The notes: generated by a model not told the origin, from the letters alone. 64,000 bases of DNA from Oligoflexales bacterium (GCA_965215515.1 OZ244057.1:160001-224000); one strand, 5' to 3'; counted from the first letter of the stretch, positions 9,687 through 20,747 are shown. Numbers and translations are program-made.

Positions 9687-10619
9687 TCACGCGGGTGGTT
9701 TGAGAAGCTGTCGAGCTTGTGTTATGTCCGCGTCGATCTGTGTTCGCAATGCCTTGCGATCGGCGAATTTCTGTTCAGCACGTAGGCGTTGGACGAAAAA
9801 AACCGCCATACGCTTGCCGTACAGCTCACCCAATGTTGTGGCGATGACATGCACTTCGATGGTGCGTTCGCCGCTGTCGCTCATAGTCGGCCGTGTGCCG
9901 ATGTTGATGACGCTCGGCATAGCCGTTGTAGGCACGGTGAGTGGCGAGCACTCCGCCGCGAGTACCGCCCAGCCTGCGTAGACTCCGTCTGCGGGAGATA
10001 ACTGTGCGATGCCGCCGAGATTAGCCGTCGGAATGCCGAGTTTGCTGCCGCGTTGCGCACCGTGTTGTACTTCGCCTTCCAGCATATAGGCACGACCCAG
10101 CATGGCCGCGGCGGTATGCACCTCACCCGCGGCGAGTAGTTGACGAATGGCACTGCTGCTGATGCGTTGTCCGTGCCACGTGAGTGGGGCAATGGCGGCG
10201 AGACTGAAACCCGTTTGTGTCTTCAGCCAAGCAACGTCACCGCGGCGGTGATACCCGAAACGAAAATCGTCGCCTACCACAAAATGTTGCATGTGCAAGC
10301 GTTGCAACAAGTGATCGTGCAAAAAATCATGAGGCGAGATGTCGGTCAGAGAACGATCGAACTTGTGGAGCAGGCAAGTGTGCACACCGAGAGCGGCAAA
10401 ACTACGCAATTTCTGTGTTGTCGTGCACAATCGTGCTGTTGCAGGTTTGTCTGTGTCCACGAACGAAATTACTACACTGCGGTGATGGTGCGCGGCAGCA
10501 AGACGCACTGTCGTATCGAGTAGGAGGCGATGGCCACGATGACAACCATCGAAGTTACCGATCGTGACTGCTGTGGCAGGGTAATCGTCGGTAGGAAAAT
10601 TTTTGATGATCTCCATCAC
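9687..10619 (-). CDS. ribF: Bifunctional riboflavin kinase/FAD synthetase
   Basis: IGNFDGCHRGH, ISSSAIR, LGIPTAN, IGTRPT. Confidence 0.95.
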   Translation of the reverse strand: MMEIIKNFPTDDYPATAVTIGNFDGCHRGHRLLLDTTVRLAAAHHHRSVVISFVDTDKPATARLCTTTQKLRSFAALGVHTCLLHKFDRSLTDISPHDFLHDHLLQRLHMQHFVVGDDFRFGYHRRGDVAWLKTQTGFSLAAIAPLTWHGQRISSSAIRQLLAAGEVHTAAAMLGRAYMLEGEVQHGAQRGSKLGIPTANLGGIAQLSPADGVYAGWAVLAAECSPLTVPTTAMPSVINIGTRPTMSDSGERTIEVHVIATTLGELYGKRMAVFFVQRLRAEQKFADRKALRTQIDADITQARQLLKPPA

Positions 10620-10641
10620 TTACCTAAAACTAACTAATTTC

Positions 10642-11469
10642 TTAGCGACTCAGCCCGCGCTGTGAACGGCTGATAAAGGCGAGGAAAGTTTGGCGGGGAG
10701 GCGTGTCGGGAACTTGCCGCTGTATCTCGTGCACGGCATCGTCGAGAGTGAGCTGCTGGCGATAGACGAGGCGATACATTTTTTTGATCGTCGCGATCTC
10801 TGTCGCGGCCATCCCTGCCCGCTTTAAACCGATTGTATTCAACCCCCATATGCGTGCGGGTCTGCCGTGCACGCGACAGAACGGTGGCACATCCTTGCCC
10901 GTCATCGAGCCGCCTGTCATCATGCTGTGCGAGCCGAGACGACAGAATTGGTGCACCGCCACCATGCCACCGAGGACAACATGATCGCCTATCTCGACAT
11001 GCCCCGCAAGGTTGACACTGTTGGCTAAGATACAGTTGTTGCCGACAATACAATCGTGGGCGATATGCACATGCACCATCAGGAGATTGCCGTCCCCAAT
11101 ACGTGTAGCGCCACCACCACCCTGTGTCCCGATGGAAATGTTGACGTACTCACGAATAGCATTGCGCTCGCCGATGACGAGACGTGTGTCCTCACCTCGA
11201 TATTTTAAATCCTGCGGAATTGCCCCGATCGAACAATAGTGCCAAATAGACGTGCCTCGCCCTACGAAAGTGCGCCCGCTGAGATGCGCATAACTGCCGA
11301 TCTGCACGTCGTCAGAACAGATCACCCGCGGCCCGACGATACTGTAAGCCCCGACCTGCACTCGCTTACCCAGCTCGGCCTGCCGATGCACGATCGCCGT
11401 AGGATGCACCCGCGCTGCATCGCCGCGTGTTTCGTGTTCTCGCACCATCCTCAGCTCCCGATTCAGCAC
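10642..11469 (-). CDS. lpxA: UDP-N-acetylglucosamine acyltransferase
   Basis: Hexapeptide repeats, PQDLKY, HIAHDC, VHQFCRLG. Confidence 0.95.
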   Translation of the reverse strand: MLNRELRMVREHETRGDAARVHPTAIVHRQAELGKRVQVGAYSIVGPRVICSDDVQIGSYAHLSGRTFVGRGTSIWHYCSIGAIPQDLKYRGEDTRLVIGERNAIREYVNISIGTQGGGGATRIGDGNLLMVHVHIAHDCIVGNNCILANSVNLAGHVEIGDHVVLGGMVAVHQFCRLGSHSMMTGGSMTGKDVPPFCRVHGRPARIWGLNTIGLKRAGMAATEIATIKKMYRLVYRQQLTLDDAVHEIQRQVPDTPPRQTFLAFISRSQRGLSR

Positions 11470-11472
11470 CGT

Positions 11473-11940
11473 TCACTCCATGTAAGCAGAGAAATTCAAG
11501 GTAGCCGCGAGTTGTTGCTCGATATACGCTTCTGCCTCGAACCAGAAGAAAAATTTGCGTTGCCTCACCATGCGGCTCTCGTAACGCAACACATCACCAG
11601 GCACCGCCTGTCGCCGAAAGCGAGCCTTGCTGACCTCCGTGAGATAACAAGTAGAAGTCTTCACCAATTCATTGAGATGCCCAAAAACCGCTGCGGTCTG
11701 TGCCACACCCTCGATCATTAAGACACCTGGGAACACAGGCTCGTCAGGGAAATGCCCCTGCAAAATTAAATCGCCGATGGAAACATTCTTGATCCCTACC
11801 GCCATCCTGCGGTCACAGCTGATAACCCGATCGATTAATGCAAACGGATAGCGATGCGGCAACATACGCCGAATTTCCCGCGGGCTTAAGGGCAACACAT
11901 AGCCAGTATTGCCGTATGGTTTATGTTCCTTCTCGGCCAC
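11473..11940 (-). CDS. fabZ: 3-hydroxyacyl-ACP dehydratase
   Basis: LPHRYPF, GHFP..PVFPGVLMIE. Confidence 0.95.
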   Translation of the reverse strand: MAEKEHKPYGNTGYVLPLSPREIRRMLPHRYPFALIDRVISCDRRMAVGIKNVSIGDLILQGHFPDEPVFPGVLMIEGVAQTAAVFGHLNELVKTSTCYLTEVSKARFRRQAVPGDVLRYESRMVRQRKFFFWFEAEAYIEQQLAATLNFSAYME

Positions 11941-11951
11941 AACACGCTCCG

Positions 11952-12554
11952 TTATTTTTGCTGCTCGTCAGGTTTGAATTTTTTATCGTACGCTGCAATG
12001 ACTTGTGCGGTCAAATTGATGGGATTGCGGACGTAAAGCAGACCCGCGCTGCTGGTTTCAAACACCGCGGCCAGACGCAACTCACGCGCCAGTTTTTCCA
12101 CCAGCTGGGAAACCTTGTTGGCAATCTCCTTCGCGGCTTGTTGCTCCTTGCGTTTAATGTTGACCTGAAATTCCATCTCGGCGTTGCGGAGACTGAGAAA
12201 CTTCTCCTGAAACTTCTGCTGTTTTTTTAACTTCGCCGTGTCACTCAACAGAGCCGACTGTGCCTGTAATTCTTTGTTGAGTTTTTCCAAATCCTCCCGT
12301 GACTGCTTCAGCAGTTTTTCTTTAGCCTTAATCTCGCGTTCTAACTCATGCCGCGCTTGTTTACCCTCCTCAACGGCAAGAATTACCTGCTGCATATCGA
12401 CCACCCCCAGACGCTGCCTATCCCGCGGTGGTGAGGCGCGGTGTTGCGCATCCCGTGCCGTCTTCAGCGAGGGGGTGTCGTGTTTCTTATCCGCTCTTGC
12501 AGGCAAGCTCATGAACAACAGAGATCCAAGATGAAAAAATAAAAATGATCGCAT
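11952..12554 (-). CDS. skp: OmpH/Skp periplasmic chaperone
   Basis: GVVDMQQV, coiled coil, NLTAQVI; lies between bamA and fabZ. Confidence 0.88.
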   Translation of the reverse strand: MRSFLFFHLGSLLFMSLPARADKKHDTPSLKTARDAQHRASPPRDRQRLGVVDMQQVILAVEEGKQARHELEREIKAKEKLLKQSREDLEKLNKELQAQSALLSDTAKLKKQQKFQEKFLSLRNAEMEFQVNIKRKEQQAAKEIANKVSQLVEKLARELRLAAVFETSSAGLLYVRNPINLTAQVIAAYDKKFKPDEQQK

Positions 12555-12558
12555 GTTA

Positions 12559-14862
12559 CTAAAACCCTAAATAAAAAATAAACTCCATGTCCCCCAGTTT
12601 GCCACGCTCGAAAGGAAAAGCCCACTCGAAACGCAGCGGTGCAATCGGTGTCACCCACCTAAGACCAAAACCCACATCGCTGTAAAGGTTGCGCAAGGAT
12701 AAGCTTTCGTGATCGTCGTAGACACGTCCGACATCGGCGAACACGAGTGCTTTAATGCGTGCCTCCTGAATCAGAGGGATAAAATACTCCGCCTGCAGCA
12801 GTAGTTTGCGATTACCCCCACCGTTGTACTCGACCGCGGTGTTGTCTGGCTCACGCATGACATAAAACTTCGGCCCAATTTCCCAGTATGGATAGCCCCG
12901 CATGTCGTTGAAACCGCCTAGGCGATAGCGTTCTAGGAACGGAACGTGTGTGCCACCCAAGGGGTAGATGTAGCTGAATAGCCCGCGTAACCTGAAGTAG
13001 GTACGGTAATCTTCGAAAAAATCAACAGGATAGTAGTAAGCGGCATCGAGACTGGTTTCCAAAAACCTCTTCTCGCCTCGCAAAAGCGGGCCGCCAGAGA
13101 TAACTTGCGACAGCGTAACTTGCGAACCCTCGGAAGGTTCGAGAAAATCGTTGACCGCGTTGCGTGACAAGGACAGCCTGAGACTCGAAGCAATCCCCTC
13201 TTCCCGAAACCTTTGCAACACGAACGTGTCGCTGTGCAAAGCTGTCCTCTGTAATTTCCAGGTTGCGGCAGCATAGACGTGCTCGAACAGTTTGCGGCCG
13301 AGAGTGAGCGTGCCCCCCTGGCGTGATTCCTCGATCAACTCACGATTGGCATAACGCCGACTCTCCTGCATGTAAAAGGCCGAGGTGCCGAGAGACCAGT
13401 GGCTGTCGTAGAGGCGAGGGTTGGTGAAGCCGAGATTCAGGGTATAGTTTCTGCTTCCGTCCCACTTGCCCGTGAAATCGGTGCTCCAGCCGCGTCCTGA
13501 CTGATTTTTTTCGTCGTAACGCCCTTGCCCCGCCCAGCCTGAACGCCCTGCACCACTGCCAGGCGTGAAGATCAGCGCCGCCTGTAACTGCCCTGTCGAG
13601 CGCTCCTTAACTTTAACCTTGAGGTTGAGCAAGTCCTCGTTCTCTTTGTCTCGTACTTTGCTCATCTGCACCGACTCAAAAAAACCTAACCGTTCGACGT
13701 TGGCTTTAGAACGGGATAACTTCGTGCCGCTGTAGAGTTCGCTGTCGTGAATTTCGAATTCACGGCGGATAACGTTGTCTCTCGTTTTGGTGTTGCCGAT
13801 GATGTCTATCTTGCCGATGTAAACTTTCTCGCCTTTGGTGATCTCATAATCGATATGCACGAGTTGCTGTGCACGATCGAGACGGGTGCGGGGGTTGACA
13901 TCGGCATAGGCGTGGCCGAGGTCGCCCCAGCTGTCCATCAACATCTCGATGTCACGCCGAAAGTGCGTAAAACGAAAGAGTTTCCCTTCCTGCAAAAGCA
14001 GTTTCTCTCGCAACCGCACCCTGTCGGGCAGGCTGTCACCAGAGAGCGAGATCGAGCCAACGTGGTACTGTTTGCCTTCCTCAACCCGATAGGTCACATC
14101 CATCCAACGCCGATCACGAGTCAACATCAGCAAGGGTTGTGCAACTTTGACTTCTGCAAAACCATGATCGCGATAGAAAGCGGTGAGAAAAGCGAGATCA
14201 CGCTTGAGCAATTCTTCCTGAAAATTGACCGCGGCTTTGAAGGTCGGCAGACGGGAAGTCGGACGCATGATAAATTTCGCGATCAATTCATGATCGCTGA
14301 AACGGGTGTTGCCCAGCATCGTTATCGCCCCCACCTTCACCTCATGGTTCTCGGTGATATCAAACACCAACGCCATCTCATTGTCGCCTCGTTTGCGCAA
14401 GGTATATGTCACCTGTGCGAGGTAGTAACCCTTTTGGGCATACTGTCGTTCGATCATCTGCACATCATCGGCGATGGCACTCTCGTCGACTATGCTATAC
14501 AGCTTGGTGATCAGCTGTTCCCGCACATCCTCTTCCTTGATCTCAACCAAGCCCACGAACTCGATCGCGACGATCGCGGGTTTTTCCTCGACGCGCACGA
14601 TGAGCGTGATGCCTGTGTCGTTATCCTCCTGCAAAATTTCGATGCGGGAAAAGTAGCCCAACTCGTAAAGACTGCGAAGATCGTGCTGTGCCGTTACCCT
14701 GTCGAGTGGCTGGCCACGCTGTGAGTGCAGTGCGGCAATGATAGCCTCGCTCTCTACTCTGGCATTGCCCTGCACCGTGATGGCGGTGATGCGAGGTTCT
14801 TGGGCGTAAAGTTCCGCCGTGCTAAACAGGGAGAGAACTACGGTAAGTATGCGTGTCATCAT
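12559..14862 (-). CDS. bamA: Outer-membrane protein assembly factor BamA
   Basis: POTRA repeats (GNTKTRDNVIRRE), MRGY loop motif, PIAPLRFEWA, terminal Phe. Confidence 0.95.
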   Translation of the reverse strand: MMTRILTVVLSLFSTAELYAQEPRITAITVQGNARVESEAIIAALHSQRGQPLDRVTAQHDLRSLYELGYFSRIEILQEDNDTGITLIVRVEEKPAIVAIEFVGLVEIKEEDVREQLITKLYSIVDESAIADDVQMIERQYAQKGYYLAQVTYTLRKRGDNEMALVFDITENHEVKVGAITMLGNTRFSDHELIAKFIMRPTSRLPTFKAAVNFQEELLKRDLAFLTAFYRDHGFAEVKVAQPLLMLTRDRRWMDVTYRVEEGKQYHVGSISLSGDSLPDRVRLREKLLLQEGKLFRFTHFRRDIEMLMDSWGDLGHAYADVNPRTRLDRAQQLVHIDYEITKGEKVYIGKIDIIGNTKTRDNVIRREFEIHDSELYSGTKLSRSKANVERLGFFESVQMSKVRDKENEDLLNLKVKVKERSTGQLQAALIFTPGSGAGRSGWAGQGRYDEKNQSGRGWSTDFTGKWDGSRNYTLNLGFTNPRLYDSHWSLGTSAFYMQESRRYANRELIEESRQGGTLTLGRKLFEHVYAAATWKLQRTALHSDTFVLQRFREEGIASSLRLSLSRNAVNDFLEPSEGSQVTLSQVISGGPLLRGEKRFLETSLDAAYYYPVDFFEDYRTYFRLRGLFSYIYPLGGTHVPFLERYRLGGFNDMRGYPYWEIGPKFYVMREPDNTAVEYNGGGNRKLLLQAEYFIPLIQEARIKALVFADVGRVYDDHESLSLRNLYSDVGFGLRWVTPIAPLRFEWAFPFERGKLGDMEFIFYLGF

Positions 14863-15539
14863 GATAGTTGTTGCTCAACGATATATCCGTCTTCCAGGCG
14901 TAGTTTTTGCTGGCAGCAGGAGGCGAGATCGGGGTCGTGTGTGACCAACAACATGGTAGCTTTAAATTCCACGCACAGTTCGAGTAACAGCTCCCGCACT
15001 TTGATACCAGTTTTTTTATCGAGATTGCCCGTCGGCTCGTCGGCGAGCAGCAGCGAGGGGTTCATGCTGAGGGCACGCGCAATGGCGGTACGCTGTTGTT
15101 CGCCGCCCGACAGTTCGGCAGGGCGATGATGCAGACGGTGGCCGAGAGCGGTACGTTCTAGCAATCGCACCGCCCTGGCTTTCGCTTGGCGGTAGCCCCA
15201 GCCTCGTATCAGCGCAGGCATCATGACATTCTCCAAAGCGGTGAATTCAGGCAACAGGTTGCTGGCTTGAAAGACGAAACCGATGTTGGTGTTACGAAAC
15301 TCCGAAGCCGCGGCATCGCTGGCTAACGAGACATCGTGGCCGTCGATGCACAGCGAGCCTGTGGTCGGCCGTTCGAGCGTCCCGATCACGTGCAGCAGGG
15401 TACTTTTCCCCGCCCCCGACTTGCCCGTGACGGAGACACGACTGCCCTTGGTGATGGTGATGTTAATGTCCTTCAGTGCCCGCACCCGTTGCGTAACGAC
15501 CAGGTAATCCTTGCAAACATTCTGCAGCACGACACTCAT
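14859..15539 (-). CDS. lolD: Lipoprotein-releasing ABC ATPase
   Basis: GKSGAGKST, LSGGEQQR, ADEPTGNLD; next to lolC/E and bamA. Confidence 0.88.
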   Translation of the reverse strand: MSVVLQNVCKDYLVVTQRVRALKDINITITKGSRVSVTGKSGAGKSTLLHVIGTLERPTTGSLCIDGHDVSLASDAAASEFRNTNIGFVFQASNLLPEFTALENVMMPALIRGWGYRQAKARAVRLLERTALGHRLHHRPAELSGGEQQRTAIARALSMNPSLLLADEPTGNLDKKTGIKVRELLLELCVEFKATMLLVTHDPDLASCCQQKLRLEDGYIVEQQLS

Positions 15540-17002
15540 TGAAAGCGTAGCCCTTTGCTCGGCATCTCCCGTGTTGCCACTGTCGCGGGGTACACCGCCG
15601 ACAGCAGACTCAACAGCCAGGCTAGCATACCTATAACGAGGTAGTCACGCCATAGAAAACGCACAGGCACGTTGCCGAGATAGTAGATCTCCTGCGGCAA
15701 GGGGATGGGGTAGTTGGCCAACAGCAGCAGGATAGTTATGCCCATCAACATACCACCGCTCACGCCGATCGTGCCGATCAACACTCCTTGCGCCAGAAAC
15801 ACCCAGTAGGTGCGACGTGCCGTCAACCCCAGCGCACGCAGGAGGGCAATTTGATGGCGGCGGTAGAAGACGGTCATCATTATCGTGCCGCTGATGGAGA
15901 AGGCGGCGACGAGCACGATCAGCATCAGAACCGTCCCCATCGCGACTTTTTCCAGTTGCAGGGCGAAAATCAAGGAGGAGTTAGTCTCTTTCCACGTCAA
16001 GCCCTTGAGCGGTGTCTGTGCCAAGCGGCGGGCGGCTGAGGTAACCCGATCGGGGTCGGGAAAATTGAGTGCAACGCCCGACACGTAATGTTCTTCATCG
16101 AGACTGACATCGTAGTCGGGGAGAAATTTGCGTCCCTCGGCGAGGGCGATTACTGCCCACTTACCATCGTAGGTGAACAGCCCTGTATGAAAAATTCCCA
16201 CCAGCGTGAACACACGTGCCGAGGTTGCCAGCCCTCCTGCGGCGGTTAAGGCACTGTTAGGATTGAGAATAGTTATCTCATCGCCTACTTCTGCGCCCAT
16301 CTGTACGGCTAGGCCATCGCCCAGCAGAATGCCAGGCGGGCTGGAGTCGTGGCGTGGTTGCAGTCCTCGATAGCTACCCTCGAGCAGAGCGTCCCGTCGC
16401 CTAAACCCCCACAACTGCCCGCCTTTGCTCGGCTCGACGGCGAACAACACCGCCGCCGATAGATGGCGATTGTGTTTCAGCACGACATCGACCTGAATGA
16501 AAGGTTCGATCAACGCAGCCTGCGGGAACGTTCGCTGAAACCAGGCGAGCGGGTACTGGTGTAAACTGAAACCGTGAAGCGGATTGTCTCGTAGGTAGAC
16601 CTCCAGATGCGGTAAACCCTTCAGCATCTTCGCTTTCATGTCCCGCTCGAATCCCCCCATCACCGACAACACTACCGTCAGGGCGAGTACTCCCAGTGTC
16701 ACCCCCGCGATGGAGACGAAAGTCATGACCGACAAACCGAAACCATGCCGCGGGTTGCTGAGGTTGCGCCACGCCAACCACAGGACGCTGTTGTGGCGCA
16801 GCACCCGCTCACACACGGGGGCGATGGCTCGCAGCGGGGCGAGCAGTAGACCGCGTTTGCTGGCAACCTTGGTGGCGATGAGGCGTATCCTCAGGTCAAA
16901 AACGAGGGGGCAGCATAGCATAGTTGCGCATAAAGAAACACCGTGCGCCCAGCGTAGCAGTCGATCGCCGCGCGGGGGTGACACTGCCAGCCACGTGTGC
17001 AC
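15536..17002 (-). CDS. lolC: Lipoprotein-releasing ABC permease LolC/E (start uncertain)
   Basis: SIAGVTLGV.AL.VVLSVMGGF, EK..M, IALLRALG. Confidence 0.85.
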   Translation of the reverse strand: MHTWLAVSPPRGDRLLRWAHGVSLCATMLCCPLVFDLRIRLIATKVASKRGLLLAPLRAIAPVCERVLRHNSVLWLAWRNLSNPRHGFGLSVMTFVSIAGVTLGVLALTVVLSVMGGFERDMKAKMLKGLPHLEVYLRDNPLHGFSLHQYPLAWFQRTFPQAALIEPFIQVDVVLKHNRHLSAAVLFAVEPSKGGQLWGFRRRDALLEGSYRGLQPRHDSSPPGILLGDGLAVQMGAEVGDEITILNPNSALTAAGGLATSARVFTLVGIFHTGLFTYDGKWAVIALAEGRKFLPDYDVSLDEEHYVSGVALNFPDPDRVTSAARRLAQTPLKGLTWKETNSSLIFALQLEKVAMGTVLMLIVLVAAFSISGTIMMTVFYRRHQIALLRALGLTARRTYWVFLAQGVLIGTIGVSGGMLMGITILLLLANYPIPLPQEIYYLGNVPVRFLWRDYLVIGMLAWLLSLLSAVYPATVATREMPSKGLRFQ

Positions 17003-17071
17003 GGCAAAACATCAGTGGTCAAGTGCTCGTGATGTGGCTAGGGTGGAGAGAAATAACTGTGGGAGGGTTGT

Positions 17072-17260
17072 GTGCGTGTTTTACTGCGAAGACGAGGGGG
17101 GGCGACGTTGGAGTACATTCTGGTCTCGACCTTCGCCACCATCTTGACAGTTGCGGCCTTGACTTATTTGGCGGGTGTATTCAGAGAGCGTATCGGCTTG
17201 TTGTCCGATAAGTTGGGGGTCGAGGTGGAGTTGGAGGATTTTGATTTTTTATCCCGCTAG
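17072..17260 (+). CDS. Flp/Tad-type pilin-like protein
   Basis: SD GGAGG; 62 aa; GATLEY followed by a hydrophobic helix. Confidence 0.7.
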   Translation: MRVLLRRRGGATLEYILVSTFATILTVAALTYLAGVFRERIGLLSDKLGVEVELEDFDFLSR

Positions 17261-17282
17261 CGGTGATTCTTCGTGCCCTTGC

Positions 17283-18311
17283 TCAACTTTTTTTGAGTCG
17301 CCGTAGCTCGCGTTCGAGTTTCTGCACTCTCTGGGCGAGGGCAGGGAGATTCTTGTACACCGCCTGTTGCCTGCGCCACAACGCACCAGGCAAGGCGGGA
17401 GCACCCGCGTACTGACCAGAGGTGGCGGGATTTTTGCTGATGCCACCCCGTGTGCCCAACACAACATGATCGGGAATGGTAAGACTGTTAGCGATACCCG
17501 TCTGCGCCGCCATAATCAAATTGCGCCCCACCTTCGTGCTGCCCGCAATGCCCGACTGAGCCGCAATCAGGCTGAATTTACCCAGATCGACGTTGTGCCC
17601 TATATGCACCTGAGCGTCGAGCTTACAACCCGTGCGGATACGCGTCTCGGCGAAAGTCGCACGCGCGATCGTATTCAACGCCCCGATCTCACAGTTGTCC
17701 TCGATGACGATACGCCCGCGATGCGGAATCTTTACCGCCTCCCTACCCGTCTGCGCAAAACCAAACCCGTCGTTGCCGATCACCGCACCCGCATTGATGA
17801 CAACATTGTCACCGATCTCACAGTCGTCAAAGATGGTAACCTGAGGAAAGATCGTGCAGTTCTTGCCTACCACTACCCCCGCACCGATATAACTATGAGG
17901 ATAGATGACACTACCACCCCCGATAACACTGCCCTTATCGATGAACACATAGGGATAGAGAATCGCCTGCGTATCGACTTCAGCTTGAGAGTGGACATGC
18001 GTCAGCTGACTGCGAGGCGGATACTCCCTGTCGCTGCCATCGAGCAACGCAGCCAACTCTGCCATCGCTACATAAGGATTCGCAGTGATGATCTGCGGCA
18101 CAGACAATTCAGGGACCGCCGCGGCGACGAGGATAGCACTGGCCGCGGTAGTGCGCGCCTTGCCGAGATGGGCTGGATTGGTCAGGAAACTCAACTCACC
18201 GCTGACCGCTTGGTCGAGTGGAGCAACCCGCGTAATCTCGATAGCGAGCACCGCCTCGTCCGCCACCGCCAGCTTGCCCGCCGTCTTCTGTAAAACTTCC
18301 CCTAGCTGCAT
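17283..18311 (-). CDS. lpxD: UDP-3-O-acylglucosamine N-acyltransferase
   Basis: DGFGF, KIPHRG, KLDAQVHIGHN, hexapeptide repeats. Confidence 0.95.
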   Translation of the reverse strand: MQLGEVLQKTAGKLAVADEAVLAIEITRVAPLDQAVSGELSFLTNPAHLGKARTTAASAILVAAAVPELSVPQIITANPYVAMAELAALLDGSDREYPPRSQLTHVHSQAEVDTQAILYPYVFIDKGSVIGGGSVIYPHSYIGAGVVVGKNCTIFPQVTIFDDCEIGDNVVINAGAVIGNDGFGFAQTGREAVKIPHRGRIVIEDNCEIGALNTIARATFAETRIRTGCKLDAQVHIGHNVDLGKFSLIAAQSGIAGSTKVGRNLIMAAQTGIANSLTIPDHVVLGTRGGISKNPATSGQYAGAPALPGALWRRQQAVYKNLPALAQRVQKLERELRRLKKS

Positions 18312-18608
18312 CGCCACACGCCCCACACTGCCCAAAAAATAGTCACCCTGTACAAAACCTCAACACCCCTGCCTATCAGTAGGAGCTTGCTTTTCATAGC
18401 AAAATCTTGTAGCGTCGGCACTCTGTGCCTCCGCGCACGGTTGGCCCGTTTCTTGAACTGTTGAGGGTAGCTGTGTGCACATATGTCGATAGGTGCACGA
18501 CCCGTGATTGTGTTGAGGACGTGGTAGCTACTCGCTTTCTCTCACGTATTTGCACGATGGGGACTGCGGCAACGCCGCAGCAGTTTTCGCTAACCCCGCG
18601 GTACCCAG

Positions 18609-20720
18609 TTGTCAACAGCTGACCGCAGAGTTGAGAATCGGAGCTTGATTTTGCTAAAGAACACCGCCCCCAAGACCAAAACCGCAACTGACACCCAACA
18701 GTCTGGCCGCGCGCCCGTCTCCAAAACAAAAGGACGCGCTAAACCAGCCAAGCCCCAGCCCCAGAGAGCCACGCGGCATCCGAAAACCGCCAGAAAACCT
18801 GTGGCCAAAGCCAAGCCTGTCACTAAACAGAGAAAGGCTGTGGACAAGATGAGCACAACCCCCAACAAGCCAGCAACCAGCCCCGCCGCAAGACGGAAAC
18901 CGAACGCGGCGGCGAAAAAGAAAATAACGGCACGCCCGAAAGCAGGCAGTGCGGCAGAACGAGCACTGGTCGATAGAATTATCGGTGAATTGCGCATCAT
19001 CGCCGCGGAGCGCAAGGCGCTAGGCAAGGGCGAAATGCACAAAGTTATCGCACGTCATGATCTCGATGCCGTGCAACGCGTGCGTATCACCAAACAGGTG
19101 ATTCGTTTGTTGTCCACACACGTCCGCAGCAAATCCGAGGACGGTTTGCCCGTCGACGACAGCAAAGTAGCTGACGATGAAATTTTGCTCGACACAGGCT
19201 TCTTCAACGAGAGCGGTGGGGAGTTCACCAGCGAACACGAGACATTGGCCACGAACGATGCTAGCCTTACCCGTTCCGTCGATCCCGTTAAAATTTATTT
19301 GCGCAAAATGGGAGGTGTCTCGCTGCTCAGCCGTGAAGCTGAAGTCGAGATCGCCAAACGCATCGAAGAAAAAGAAAACGCCATTCTCCGCAGCATCATA
19401 GATATTCCCATCTCCTACCGACTGATCGTATTGGCGGCCAAGCGTTTCGTGCACGGAGAGATCAACATGCGCGGTTTCATCAAAGCTTTCGACGACGATG
19501 AAGGCTCCGATAACGAAGAGGGCTACTCCGAAAAAATTAAGGAAGCGACCACGGTGTTTTTGCAACACGACGCGGAACTAGAAAAACTGCGAGCTGAGCG
19601 GCAGAGCGAAGCTCCTAGTGCGAAGGTGTCGCAAAATTTTGAAAGTAAACGCGAGGAAGTCTTTCGTGAGCTGAAGGAATTGAATATCAACCGCAAACTG
19701 ATGATTTCCGCCATCAATGCCATCGCCGCACGTGCCTCTTCGGTGCAAGAAAAGAAAAAAGACATCACCTACTACGCAAATCGCTGTAAACTTCCCGCGG
19801 CGGAACTGCGAGCTTATCTGGAGAAAACCCCCCACAAGCCGCTCGCGGGCAGCGCGGCTAAGGACTGGAAGCGCATCGTGCGTACCTTCATCGCCGCCTA
19901 CGATGGCTATCACGAAGATGTACGTGAGGTGGGATTGGATGGTGATGCTATCGTCGCTGCCCATCGCACCTTTGTCGATTTGCAGCGCAAGGCGGAGCTG
20001 GCAAAACGAGAACTGGTGGAAGCCAATCTGCGCCTCGTCGTGTCGATTGCCAAGAAATACACCAACCGCGGCTTGCAGTTCCTCGACCTCATTCAGGAAG
20101 GCAATATCGGCCTGATGAAAGCAGTAGAAAAATTCGAGTATCGCCGTGGCTACAAGTTTTCCACCTACGCCACCTGGTGGATTAGACAGGCGATTACACG
20201 GGCAATCGCCGACCAAGCACGCACGATCCGTGTCCCCGTGCACATGATTGAGTCGATCAACAAACTGATCCGCACCAACCGTGCCCTCGTCCAAGAAATG
20301 GGACGTGAACCTGCCCCTGAAGAGCTCTCCGCCCGCATGGACTTGCCCGTCGATAAGGTGCGCAAAGTAATGAAGATCGCCATCGAGCCTATCTCGCTGG
20401 AAACCCCCATCGGGGAAGAAGATGACAGCCATCTCGGTGATTTTCTGGAAAATAAAGCGGTGGCACTGCCTAGCGAATCGATCGTTTCCAGCAGTCTCTC
20501 CGAACAAACCCAGAAAACACTGGCAACACTGACCTCACGGGAAGAAAAAATTCTCCGCATGCGCTTCGGTATCGGAGAGAAAAGCGACCACACGCTCGAA
20601 CAGGTGGGACAAAGTTTCAACGTCACCCGCGAGCGCATTCGCCAAATCGAAGCCAAAGCACTGAAAAAGCTGCGTCACCCATCACGCAGCAAAAAATTAA
20701 AAACTTTCGTCGAATCCTGA
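18609..20720 (+). CDS. rpoD: RNA polymerase primary sigma factor with Lys/Ala/Pro-rich N-terminal extension (start uncertain)
   Basis: [44 protein letters not shown]. Confidence 0.97.
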   Translation: MSTADRRVENRSLILLKNTAPKTKTATDTQQSGRAPVSKTKGRAKPAKPQPQRATRHPKTARKPVAKAKPVTKQRKAVDKMSTTPNKPATSPAARRKPNAAAKKKITARPKAGSAAERALVDRIIGELRIIAAERKALGKGEMHKVIARHDLDAVQRVRITKQVIRLLSTHVRSKSEDGLPVDDSKVADDEILLDTGFFNESGGEFTSEHETLATNDASLTRSVDPVKIYLRKMGGVSLLSREAEVEIAKRIEEKENAILRSIIDIPISYRLIVLAAKRFVHGEINMRGFIKAFDDDEGSDNEEGYSEKIKEATTVFLQHDAELEKLRAERQSEAPSAKVSQNFESKREEVFRELKELNINRKLMISAINAIAARASSVQEKKKDITYYANRCKLPAAELRAYLEKTPHKPLAGSAAKDWKRIVRTFIAAYDGYHEDVREVGLDGDAIVAAHRTFVDLQRKAELAKRELVEANLRLVVSIAKKYTNRGLQFLDLIQEGNIGLMKAVEKFEYRRGYKFSTYATWWIRQAITRAIADQARTIRVPVHMIESINKLIRTNRALVQEMGREPAPEELSARMDLPVDKVRKVMKIAIEPISLETPIGEEDDSHLGDFLENKAVALPSESIVSSSLSEQTQKTLATLTSREEKILRMRFGIGEKSDHTLEQVGQSFNVTRERIRQIEAKALKKLRHPSRSKKLKTFVES

Positions 20721-20747
20721 ACTTGCTTACAGTTGATGAGGTAGATT

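Noticed and set aside
18340..18608. tRNA or ncRNA in the lpxD-rpoD spacer
   Set aside because: No cloverleaf or T-loop motif; only a short GTGCAC inverted repeat
13747..20507. Long antisense ORFs (13747-14724, 17367-18293, 19578-20507)
   Set aside because: Shadows of bamA, lpxD and rpoD with no motifs
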